A stretch of DNA of 64,000 nt from positions 398,660,001 to 398,724,000 of the forward strand of contig OZ024741.1 of the NCBI GenBank assembly GCA_964016885.1, written 5' to 3'. A program made the translations under genes and the position numbers. Shown here in pieces: positions 39,701-53,000 of the stretch. Positions within the stretch are counted from its first letter, which is position 1. Every line of letters starts with the position of its first letter. Source of the DNA: Eledone cirrhosa. Lineage: Eukaryota. Below the pieces are notes generated by a model that saw only the letters and a program-made list of their open reading frames with translations, was not told the origin of the DNA and did not search any database.

Positions 39701-42700
39701 ACAGACTAACTTAGGCCTGGCCATGTCTAACTTAGTAACAGTCTAACTTAGCCCTGGCCATGTCTAACTTAGTAATAGTCTAACTTAGCCTTGGCCATGT
39801 CTAACTTAGTAACAGTCTAACTTAGCCTTGGTCATGTCTAACTTAATAACAGTCTAAATTAGCCCTGGCGATGTCTAACTTAGTAATAGTCTAACTTAGC
39901 CCTGACCATGTCTAACTTAATAACAATCTAACTTAGCCGTGTCCATGTTTAACTTATTAATAGTCTAACTTAGACCTGGCCATGTCTAACTTAATAACAG
40001 TCTAACTCAGCCCTGGCCAGGTCTAACTTAATAAGAGTCTAACTTAGTTCTGGCCATGTCTAACTTAATAACAGTCTAAATTATCCCTGGCCATGTCCAA
40101 CCTAGTAACAGTCTAACTTAGCCCTGGCCATGTCTAACTTAATAACAGTCTAACTTAGCCCTGGCCATGTCTAACTTAGTAATAGTCTAACTTAGCCTTG
40201 GCCATGTCTAACATAGTAACAGTCTAACTTAGCCCTGGCCATGTATAACTTAATAACAGTCTAACTTAGCCCTGGCCATGTCTAACTTAATAACAGTCTA
40301 ACTGAGCCCTGGCCCTGTCTAACTTAGTAACAGTCTAACTTAGCCTTGGCCATGTCTAACTTAATAACAGTCTAAATTAGCCCTGGCGATGTCTAACTTA
40401 GAAATAGTCTAACTTAGCCCTGATCATGTCTAACTTAATAACAGTCTAACTTAGCCCTGGCCATGTCTAACTTAGTAATAGTCTAACTTGGCCTTGGCCA
40501 TGTCTAACTTAGTACCAGTCTAACTTAGTCCTGGCCATGTATAACTTAATAACAGTCTAACTTAGCCCTGGCCATGTCTAACTTAATAACAGTCTAACTG
40601 AGCCCTGGCCATGTCTAACTTAGTAATAGTCTAACTTGGCCCTGGCCATGTCTAAATTAATAACAGTCTAACTTAGCCCTGGCCATGTCTAACTTAATAA
40701 CAGTCTAACTTAACCCTGGCCATGTCTAACCTAATAACAGTCTAACTTAGCCATGGCCATGTCTAACTCAATAACAGTCTAACTTAGCCCTGGCCATGTC
40801 TAACTTATTAATAGTCTAACTTAGACCTGGCCATGTCTAACATAGTAACAGTCTAACTTAGCCCTGGCCATGTCTAACTTAGTAACAGTCTAACTTAGCC
40901 CTGGCCATGTCTAACTTAATAACAGTCTAACTTAGCCCTGGCCATGTCTAACTTAGTAACAGTCTAACTTAGCCCTAGCCATGTCTAACTTAGTAATAGT
41001 CTAACTTAGCCTCGGCCATGTCTAACTTAGTAACAGTCTAACTTAGCCTTGGCCATGTCTAAGTTAAAAACAGTCTAAATTAGCCCTGGTCATGTCTAAC
41101 TTAATAACAGTCTAACTTAGCCCTGGCCATGTCTAACTTAATAACAGTCTAACTTAGCCATGGCCATGTCTAACTTAATAACAGTCTAAATTATCCCTGG
41201 CCATGTCTAGCTTAAAAACAATCTAACTTAGCCCTGACCATGTCTAACTTAATAACAGTCTAACTTAGACCTGGCCATGTCTAACTTAGTAACAGTCTAA
41301 TTTAGCCCTAGCCATGTCTAACTTAATAACAGTCTAACTTAGCTCTGGCCATGTCTAACTTAGTAACAGTCTAACTTAGCCCTGGCCATGTCTAACTTAA
41401 TAACAGTCTAAATTATGCCTGGCCATGTCTAACTTAGTAATAGTGTAACTGAGCCCTGGCCATGTCTAACTTAGTAACAGTCTAACTGAGCCTTGGCCAT
41501 GTCTAACTTAATAACAGTCTAAATTTTCCCTGGCCATGTCTAACTTAGTAATAGTCTAACTTAGTCCTGGCCATGTCTAACTAAATAACAGTCTAACTTA
41601 GCCATGGCCATGTCTAACTTAATAACAGTCTAAATTATCCCTGGCCATGTCTAACTTAGTAACAATCTAACTTAGCCCTGGCCATGTCTAACTTAATAAT
41701 AGTCTAACTCAGCCCTGGCCATGTCTAACCTAATAACAGTTTAAATTATCGCTGGCCATGTCTAATTTAGTAACAGTCTAACTTAGCCCTGACCATGTCT
41801 AACTTAATAACAGTCTAACTTAGCCCTGGCCATGTCTAACTTAGTAATAGTCTAACTTGGCCTTGGCCATGTCTAACTTAGTACCAGTCTAACTTAGTCC
41901 TGGCCATGTATAACTTAATAACAGTCTAACTTAGCCCTGGCCATGTCTAACTTAATAAAAGTCTAACTGAGCCCTGGCCATGTCTAACTTAGTAATAGTC
42001 TAACTTAGCCCTGGCCATGTCTAAATTAATAACAGTCTAACTTAGCCCTGGCCATGTCTAACTTAATAACAGTCTAACTTAACCCTGGCCATGTCTAACC
42101 TAATAACAGTCTAACTTAGCCATGGCGATGTCTAACTCAATAACAGTCTAACTTAGCCCTGGCCATGTCTAACTTATTAATAGTCTAACTTAGACCTGGC
42201 CATGTCTAACATAGTAACAGTCTAACTCAGCCCTGGCCAGGTCTAACTTAATAAGAGTCTAACTTAGCTCTGGCCATGTCTAACTTAGTAACAGTCTAAC
42301 TTAGCCTTGGCCATGTCTAACTTAATAACAGTCTAAATTAGCCCTGGCGATGTCTAACTTAGAAATAGTCTAACTTAGCCCTGACCATGTCTAACTTAAT
42401 AACAGTCTAACTTAGCTCTGGCCATGTCTAACTTAGTAACAGTCTAAATTATCCCTGGCCATGTCCAACTTAGTAACAGTCTAACTTAGCCCTGGCCATG
42501 TCTAACTTAATAACAGTCTAACTTAGCCCTGGCCATGTCTAACTTAGTAATAGTCTAACTTGGCCTTGGCCAAGTCTAACTTAGTAACAGTCTAACTTAG
42601 CCCTGGCCATGTATAACTTAATAACAGTCTAACTTAGCCCTGGCCATGTCTAACTTAATAACAGTCTAACTGAGCCCTGGCTATGTCTAACTTAATAATA

Positions 42701-45700
42701 GTCTAAATTATCCCTGGCCAAGTCAAACTTAGTAACAATCTAACTTAGCCCTGGCCATGTCAAACTTAATAACAGTCTAACTCAGCCCTGGCCATGTCTA
42801 ACCTAATAACAGTTTAAATTATCGCTGGCCATGTCTAACTTAGTAACAGTCTAACTTAGCCCCGGCCATGTCTAACCTAATAACAGTCTAACTTAGCCCT
42901 GGCCATGTCTAACTTAATAACAATCTTACTTAGACCTGGCCATGTCTAACATAGTAACAGTCTAACTTAGCCTTAGCAATGTCTAACTTAGTAACAGTCT
43001 AACTTAGCCATGGCCATGTCTCACTTAATAACAGTATAACTTAGCCCTGGCCATGTCTAACTTAGTAATAGTCTAACTTAGCCCTGGCCATGTCTAACTT
43101 AGTAACAGTCTAACTTAGCCCTGGCAATGTATAACTTAATAATAGTCTAACTTAGCCCTGGCCATGTCTAAGTTAATAACAGTCTAACTGGGCCCTGGCA
43201 ATGTATAACTTAATAATAGTCTAACTTAGCCCTGGCCATGTGTAACTTAGTAACAGTCTAACTTAGCCCTGGCCATGTCTAACTTAATAACAGTCTAAAT
43301 TATCCCTGGCCATGTCTAACCTAATAACTGTCCAACTTAGACATGGCCATGTCTAACTCAATAAGAGTCTAACATAGCCCTGTCCATGTCTAACATAGTA
43401 ACAGTCTAACTTAGCCCTGCCCATGTCTAACTTAGTAATAGTCTAACTTAGCCTTGGCCATGTCTAACTTAATAACAGTCTAACTTAGCCTTGGCCATGT
43501 CTAACTTAATAACAGTCTAAAGTAGCCCTAGCCATGTCTAACTTAGTAATAGTCTACCTTAACCCTGACCATGTCTAACTTAGTAACAGTCTAACTTAGC
43601 CCTGGACATGTCTAACTTATTAACAGTCTAAATTATCCCTGGCCATGTCTAATTTAGTAACAGTCTAATTTAGCCCTGGCCATGTCTAACTTAGTAACAG
43701 TCTAACTTAGCCCTGCCCATGTCTAACTTAAAAATTGTCTAAATTATCCCTGGCCATGTCTAACTTAGTAATAGTCTAACTTAGACCTGGCCATGTATAA
43801 CTTAATAACAGTCTAACTTAGCCTTGGCCATGTCTAACTTAATAACAGTCTAAATTAGCCCTAGCCATGTCTAACTTAGTTATAGTCTACCTTAACCTTG
43901 ACCATGTCTAACTTAGTAACAGTCTAACTTAGCCCTGGACATGTCTAACTTAGTAATAGTCTAACTTAGTCCTGGCCATGTCTAACTTAGTAACAGTCTA
44001 ACTTAGTAACAGTCTAACTTAGGAACAGTCTAACTTAGTAACAGTCTAACTTTGCCATGGCCATGTCTAACTTAATAACAGTCTAACTTAGCTATGGAGA
44101 TGTCTAACTTAATAACATTCTAAATTAGCCCTGACCATGTCTAAATTAGTAAGAGTATAACTTAACCCTGGCCATGTCTAACTAAATAACAGTCTAACTT
44201 AGCCCTGGCCATGTCTAACTTAATAACACTCTAACTTAGCCCTGACCATGTCTAACTTAATAACAGTCTAACTTAGCCCTGGCCATGTCTAACTTAGTAA
44301 CAGTCTAACTTAGGCCTGGCCATGTCTAACTTAGTAACAGTCTAACTTAGCCCTGGCCATGTCTAACTCAGTAATAGTCTAACTTAGCCTTGGCCATGTC
44401 TAACTTAGTAACAGTCTAACTTAGCCTTGGTCATGTCTAACTTAATAACAGTCTAAATTAGCCCTGGCGATGTCTAACTTAGTAATAGTCTAACTTAGTC
44501 CTGACCATGTCTAACTTAATAACAATCTAACTTAGCCCTGTCCAGGTCTAACTTATTAATAGTCTAACTTAGACCTGGCCATGTCTAACTTAATAACCGT
44601 CTAACTCAGCGCTGGCCAGGTCTAACTTAATAAGAGTCTAACTTAGTTCTGGCCATGTCTAACTTAGTAACAGTCTAACTTAGCCCTGGCCATGTCTAAC
44701 TTAATAACAGTCTAACTTAGCCCTGGCCATGTCTAATTAGTAATAGTCTAACTTAGCCTTGGCCATGTCTAACTTAATAACAGTCTAACTTAGCCCTGGC
44801 CATGTCTAACTTAATAACAGTCTAACTGAGCCCTGGCCATGTCTAACATAATAACAGTCTAACTTAGCCCTGGCCATGGCTAACATATTAACAGTCTAAC
44901 TTAGCCCTGGCCATGTCTAACTTAGTAATAGTCTAACTTAGCTCTGGCCATGTCTAACTGAATAACAGTCTAACTTAGCACTGGCCATGCCTAACTTAGT
45001 AATAGTCTAACTTTGCCCTGGCCATGTCTAACTTAGTAACAGTCTAACTTAGCCCTGGCCATGTATAACTTACTAACAGTCTAACTTAACCCTGGCCATG
45101 TCTAACCTAATAACAGTCTAACTTAGCCATGGCCATGTCTAACTCAATAACAGTCTAACTTAGCCCTGGCCATGTCTAACATAGTAACAGTCTAACTTAG
45201 CCCTGGCCATGTCTAACTTAGTAATAGTCTAACTTAGCCCTGGCCATGTCTAACTTAATAACAGTCTAAATTAGCTCTGGCCATGTCTAACTTAGTAACA
45301 GTCTAACTTAGCCCTGGCCATGTCTAACTTAGTAATAGTCTAACTTAGCCTTGGCCATGTCTAACTTAATAACAGTCTAACTTATCCCTGGCAATGTCTC
45401 ACTTAATAACTGTCTAACTTAGCCCTGGCCATGTCTAACTTAATAACAGTCTAACTGAGCCCTGGCCATGTCTAACTTATTAATAGTCTAACTTAGACTT
45501 GGCCATGTCTCACTTAGTAACAGTCTAACTTAGCACTGACCATGTCTAACATAATAAGAGTCTAACTTAGCCCTGACCATGTCTAACTTAATAACAGTCT
45601 AACTTAGACCTGACCATGTCTAACTTAGTAACAGTCTAACTTAGCCCTTGCCATGTCTAACTTAATAACAGTCTAACTTAGCCCTGGCCATGTCTAACTT

Positions 45701-47072
45701 AATAACAGTCTAACTTAGCCCTGGCCATGTCTAACTTAGTAACAGTCTAACTTAGCCCTGGCCATGTCTAACTTAGTAATAGTCTAACTTAGCCTTGGCC
45801 ATGTCTAAGTTAGTAACAGTCTAACTTAGCCTTGGCCATGTCTAACTTAGTAACAGTCTAACTTAGGCCTGGCCATGTATAACTTAGTAACAGACTAACT
45901 TAGGCCTGGCCATGTCTAACTTAGTAACAGTCTAACTTAGCCCTGGCCATGTCTAACTTAGTAATAGTCTAACTTAGCCTTGGCCATGTCTAACTTAGTA
46001 ACAGTCTAACTTAGCCTTGGTCATGTCTAACTTAATAACAGTCTAAATTAGCCCTGGCGATGTCTAACTTAGTAATAGTCTAACTTAGCCCTGACCATGT
46101 CTAACTTAATAACAATCTAACTTAGCCGTGTCCATGTTTAACTTATTAATAGTCTAACTTAGACCTGGCCATGTCTAACTTAATAACAGTCTAACTCAGC
46201 CCTGGCCAGGTCTAACTTAATAAGAGTCTAACTTAGTTCTGGCCATGTCTAACTTAATAACAGTCTAAATTATCCCTGGCCATGTCCAACCTAGTAACAG
46301 TCTAACTTAGCCCTGGCCATGTCTAACTTAATAACAGTCTAACTTAGCCCTGGCCATGTCTAACTTAGTAATAGTCTAACTTAGCCTTGGCCATGTCTAA
46401 CATAGTAACAGTCTAACTTAGCCCTGGCCATGTATAACTTAATAACAGTCTAACTTAGCCCTGGCCATGTCTAACTTAATAACAGTCTAAATTAACCCTC
46501 TGCGATGTCTAACTTAGAAATAGTCTAACTTAGCCCTGATCATGTCTAACTTAATAACAGTCTAACTTAGCCCTGGCCATGTCTAACTTAGTAATAGTCT
46601 AACTTGGCCTTGGCCATGTCTAACTTAGTACCAGTCTAACTTAGTCCTGGCCATGTATAACTTAATAACAGTCTAACTTAGCCCTGGACATGTCTAACTT
46701 AATAACAGTCTAACTGAGCCCTGGCCATGTCTAACTTAGTAATAGTCTAACTTGGCCCTGGCCATGTCTAAATTAATAACAGTCTAACTTAGCCCTGGCC
46801 ATGTCTAACTTAATAACAGTCTAACTTAACCCTGGCCATATCTAACCTAATAACAGTCTAACTTAGCCATGGCCATGTCTAACTCAATAACAGTCTAACT
46901 TAGCCCTGGCCATGTCTAACTTATTAATAGTCTAACTTAGACCTGGCCATGTCTAACATAGTAACAGTCTAACTTAGCCCTGGCCATGTCTAACTTAGTA
47001 ACAGTCTAACTTAGCCCTGGCCATGTCTAACTTAATAACAGTCTAACTTAACCCTGGCCATATCTAACCTAA
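24779..47072. repeat. Higher-order repeat unit, copy 1 (22,294 bp)
   Basis: Rare variants recur at a constant +22,294 offset: 25277/47571, 30801/53095, 34281/56575, 36231/58525 and 41011/63305. Confidence 0.95.
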
Positions 47073-50000
47073 TAACAGTCTAACTTAGCCCTGGCCATGT
47101 CTAACTAAATAACAGTCTAACTTAGCCCTGGCCATGTCTAGCTTAGTAACAGTATAACTTAGCCCTGGCCATGTCTAACTAAATAACAGTCTAACTTAGC
47201 CCTGGCCATGTCTAACTTAATAACAGTCTAACTTAGCCCTGACCATGTCTAACTTAATAACAGTCTAACTTAGCCCTGGCCATGTCTAACTTAGTAACAG
47301 TCTAACTTAGACCTGGCCATGTCTAACTTAGTAACAGTCTAACTTAGCCCCGGCCATGTCTAACTTAGTAACAGTCTAACTTAGCCCTGGCCATGTCTAA
47401 CTTAGTAATAGTCTAACTTAGTCCTGGCCATGTCTAACTTAATAACAGTCTAACTTAACCTTGGCCATGTCTAACTTAATAACAGTCTAAATTATCCCTG
47501 GCCATGTCTAATTTAGTAACAGTCTAACTTAGCCCTGGCCATGTCTAACCTAATAACAGTCTAACTTAGACCTGGGCATGTCTAACTTAATAACAATCTA
47601 ACTTAGCCCTGGTCATGTCTAACATAGTAACAGTCTAACTTAGCCCTGGCCATGTCTAACTTAGTAATAGTCTAACTTAGCCTTGGCCATGTCTAACTTA
47701 GTAACAGTCTAACTTAGCCCTGGCCATGTCTCACTTAATAACAGTCTAACTTAGCCCTGGCCATGTCTAACTTAGTAATAGTCTACCTTAGCCCTGACCA
47801 TGTATAACTTAGTAACAGTCTAACTTAGCCCTGGCCATGACTAACTTAGCACTGGCCATGTCTAACTTAGTAATAGTCTAACTTAGACCTGGCCATGTCT
47901 AACTTAGTAACAGTCTAACTTAGCCCCGGCCATGTCTAACTTAGTAACAGTCTAACTTAGCCCTGGCCATGTCTAACTTAGTAACAGTCTAACTTAGCCC
48001 TGGCCATGTCTAACTTAATAACAGTCTAAATTATCCCTGGCCATGTCTAACTTAGTAATAGTCTAACTGAGCCTTGGCCGTGTCTAACTTAATAATAGTC
48101 TAACTTAGTCTTGGCCATGTCTAACTTAATAAGAGTCTAAATTATCCCTGGCCATGTCTAACTTAGTAATAGTCTAACTTAGTCCTGGCCATATCTAACT
48201 TAATAACAATCTAACTTAGCCTTGGCCATGTCTAACTTAATAACAGTCTAAATTATCCCTGGCCATGTCTAACTTAGTAACAATCTAACTTAGCCCTGGC
48301 CATGTCTAACATAGTAACAGTCTAACTTAGCCTTGGCCATGTCTAACTTAGTAACAGTCTAACTTAGCCATGGCCATGTCTCACTTAATAACAGTCTAAC
48401 TTAGCCCTGGCCACGTCTAACTTCGTAATAGTCTAACTGAGCCCTGGCCATGTCTAACTTATTAATAGTCTAACTTAGCCTTGGGCATGTCTCACTTAGT
48501 AACAGTCTAACTTAGTCCTGGCCATGTCTAACTTAATAAGAGTCTAAATTAGCCCTGGCCATGTCTAACTTAGTAATAGTCTACCTTAACCCTGACAATG
48601 TCTAACTTAATAACAGTCTAACTTAGGCCTGGAGATGTCTAACTTAATAACAGTCTAACTTAGCCCTGACCATGTCTAACTTAATAACAGTCTAACTTAG
48701 CCCTGGCCATGTCTAACTTAGTAACAGTATAACTTAGCCCTGGCCATGTCTAACTAAATAACAGTCTAACTTAGCCCTGGCCATGTCTAACTTAATAACA
48801 GTCTAACTTAGCCCTGACCATGTCTAACTTAATAACAGTCTAACTTAGCCCTGGCCATGTCTAACTTAGTAACAGTCTAACTTAGCCCTGGCCATGTCTA
48901 ACTTAGTAATAGTCTAACTTAGCCTTGGCCATGTCTAACTTAGTAACAGTCTAACTTAGCCTTGGCCATGTCTAACTTAATAACAGTCTAAATTAGCCCT
49001 GGCCATGTCTAACTTAGTAATAGTCTAACTTAGCTCTGACCATGTCTAACTTGATAACAGTCTAACTTAGCCCTGTCCATGTCTAACTTATTAATAGTCT
49101 AACTTAGACCTGGCCATGTCTAACTTAGTAACAGTCTAACTTAGCCCTGGCCATGTCTAACTTAATAACAGTCTAAATTATCCCTGGCCATGTCTAAATT
49201 AGTAATAGTCTAACTGAGCCCTGGCCATGTCTAACTTAGTAACAGTCTAACTGAGCCTTGGCCATGTCTAACTTAATAACAGTCTAACTTAGCCTTGGCC
49301 ATGTCTAACTTAATAACAGTCTAAATTATCCCTGGCCATGTCTAACTTAGTAACAATCTAACTTAGCCCTGGCTATGTCTAACTTAATAACAGTCTAACT
49401 CAGCCCTGGCCATGTCTAACTTAATAACAGTTTAAATTATCGCTGGCAATGTCTAACTTAGTAACAGTCTAACTTAGCCCCGGCCATGTCTAACCTAATA
49501 ACAGTCTAACTTAGCCCTGGCCATGTCTAACTTAATAACAATCTAACTTAGACCTGGCCATGTCTAACATAGTAACAGTCTAACTTAGCCTTGGCCATGT
49601 CTAACTTAGTAACAGTCTAACTTAGCCATGGCCATGTCTCACTTAATAACAGTCTAACTTAGCCCTGGCCATGTCTAACTTAGTAATAGTCTAACTTAGT
49701 CCTGGCCATGTCTAACTTAATAACAGTCTAACTTAGCCTTGGCCATGTGTAACTTAATAACAGTCTAAATTAGCCCTAGCCATGTCTAACTTAGTTATAG
49801 TCTACCTTAACCCTGACCATGTCTAACTTAGTAACAGTCTAACTTAGACCTGGACATGTCTAACTTAGTAACAGTCTAAATTATCCCTGGCCATGTCTAA
49901 CTTAGTAACAGTCTAACTTAGACCCGGCCATGTCTAACTTAGTAACAGTCTAATTTAGCCCTGGCCATGTCTAACTTAGTAACAGTCTAACTTAGCCCTG

Positions 50001-53000
50001 CCCATGTCTAACTTAAAAACAGTCTAAATTATCCCTGGCCATGTCTAACTTAGTAATAGTCTAACTGAGCCCTGGCCATGTCTAACTTATTAATATTCTA
50101 ACTTAGCCTTGGCCATGTCTCACTTAGTAACAGTCTAACTTAGCCCTGGCCATGTCTAACTTAATAACAGTCTAACTTAGCCCTGGCCATGTCTAACTTA
50201 GTAACAGTCTAACTTAGCCCTGGCCATGTCTAACTTAATAACAGTCTAAATTATCCCTGTCCATGTCTAACTTAGTAATAGTCTAACTGAGCCCTGGCCA
50301 TGTCTAACTTAGTAACAGTCTAACTGAGCCTTGGCCATGTCTAACTTAATAACAGTCTAAATTATCCCTGGCCATGTCTAACTTAGTAATAGTCTAACTT
50401 AGTCCTGGCCATGTCTAACTTAATAACAGTCTAACTTAGCCATGGCCATGTCTAACTTAATAACAGTCTAAATTATCCCTGGCCATGTCTAACTTAGGAA
50501 CAATCTAACTTAGCCCTGGCTATGTCTAACTTAGTAATAGTCTAACTTAGCCTTGGCCATGTCTAACTTAGTAACAGTCTAACTTAGCCCTGGCCATGTA
50601 TAACTTAATAACAGTCTAGCTTAGCCCTGGCCATGTCTAACTTAATAACAGTCTAACTGAGCCCTGGCCATGTCTAACTTAATAACAGTCTAACTTAGCC
50701 CTGTCCATGTCTAACTTATTAATAGTCTAACTTAGACCTGGCCATGTCTAACTTAATAACAGTCTAACTCAGCCCTGGTCAGGTGTAACTTAATAAGAGT
50801 CTAACTTAGCTCTGGCCATGTCTAACTTAGTAACAGTCTAAATTATCCCTGGCCATGTCCAACTTAGTAACAGTCTAACTTAGCACTGGCCATGTCTAAC
50901 TTAACAACAGTCTAACTTAGCCCTGGCCATGTCTAACTTAGTAATAGTCTAACTTGGCCTTGGCCATGTCTAACTTAGTAACAGTCTAACTTAGCCCTGG
51001 CCATGTATAACTTAATAACAGTCTAACTTAGCCCTGGCCATGTCTAACTTAATAACAGTCTAACTGAGCCCTGGCCATGCCTAACTTAGTAATAGTCTAA
51101 CTTAGCCCTGGCCATGTCTAACTTAATAACAGTCTAACTTAGCCCTGGCCATGTCAAACTTAATAACAGTCTAACTGAGCCCTTGCCATGTCTAAATTAG
51201 TAACAGTCTAACTTAGCCCTGGCCATGTATAACTTAATAACAGTCTAACTTAACCCTGGCCATGTCTAACCTAATAACAGTCTAACTTAGCCATAGCCAT
51301 GTCTAACTCAATAACAGTCTAACTTAGCCCTGGCCATGTCTAACATAGTAACAGTCTAACTTAGCCCTGGCCATGTCTAACTTAGTAATAGTCTAACTTA
51401 GCCCTGGCCATGTCTAACTTAATAACAGTCTAAATTAGCCCTGGCCATGTCTAACTTAGTAACAGTCTAACTTAGCCCTGGCCATGTCTAACTTAGTAAT
51501 AGTCTAACTTAGCCTTGGCCATGTCTAACTTAGTAACAGTCTAACTTATCGCTGGCAATGTCTCACTTAATAACAGTCTAACTTAGCCCTGGCCATGTAT
51601 AACTTAATAACAGTCTATCAGAGCCCTGGCCATGTCTAACTTATTAATAGTCTAACTTAGACTTGGCAATGTCTCACTTAGTAACAGTTTAACTTAGCCC
51701 TGGCCATGTCTAACTTAATAACAGTCTAAATTAGCCCTGGCCATGTCGAACTTAGTAATAGTCTAACTTAGCCCTGACCATGTCTAACTTAATAACAGTC
51801 TAACTTAGCCCTGACCATGTCTAAAATAATAACAGTCTAACTTAGACCTGACCATGTCTAACTTAATAACAGTCTAACTTAGACCTGGCCATGTCTAACT
51901 TAGTAACAGTCTAACTTAGACCTAGCCATGTCTAACTTAATAACAGTCTAACTTAGCCCTGGCCATGTCTAACTTAATAACAGTCTAACTTAGCCCTGGC
52001 CATGTCTAACTTAGTAACAGTCTAACTTAGCCCTAGCCATGTCTAACTTAATAACAGTCTAACTTAGCCCTGGCCATGTCTAACTTAGTAACAGTCTAAC
52101 TTAGCCCTGGCCATGTCTAACTTAATAACAGTCTAAATTATCCCTGGCCATGTCTAACTTAGTAATAGTGTAACTGAGCCCTGGCCATGTCTAACTTAGT
52201 AACAGTCTAACTGAGCCTTGGCCATGGCTAACTTAATAACAATCTAAATTATCCCTGGCCATGTCTAACTTAGTAATAGTCTAACTTAGTCCTGGCCATG
52301 TCTAACTTAATAACAGTCTAACTTAGCCATGGCCATGTCTAACTTAATAACAGTCTAAATTATCCCTGGCCATGTCTAACTTAGTAACAATCTAACTTAG
52401 CCCTGGCCATGTCTAACTTAATAACAGTCTAACTTAGACCTGGCCATGTCTAACTTAATAACAATCTAACTTAGACCTGGCCATGTCTAACATAGTAACA
52501 GTCTAACTTAGCCTTAGCAATGTCTAACTTAGTAACAGTCTAACTTAGCCATGGCCATGTCTCACTTAATAACAGTCTAACTTAGCCCTGGCCATGTCTA
52601 ACTTAGTAATAGTTTAACTGAGCCCTGGCCATGTCTAACTTATTAACAGTCTAACTGAGCCTTGGCCATGTCTAACTTAATAACAGTCTAAATTATCCCT
52701 GGCCATGTCTAACTTAGTAATAGTCTAACTTAGTCCTGGCCATGTCTAACTTAATAACAGTCTAACTCAGCCCTGGCCATGTCTAACCTAATAACAATTT
52801 AAATTATCGCTGGCCATGTCTAACTTAGTAACAGTCTAACTTAGCCCCGGCCATGTCTAACCTAATAACAGTCTAACTTAGACCTGGCGATGTCTAACTT
52901 AATAACGATCTAACTTAGACATGGCCATGTCTAACATAGTAACAGTCTAACTTAGCCCTGGCCATGTCTAACTTAGTAATAGTCTAACTTAGACCTGGCC

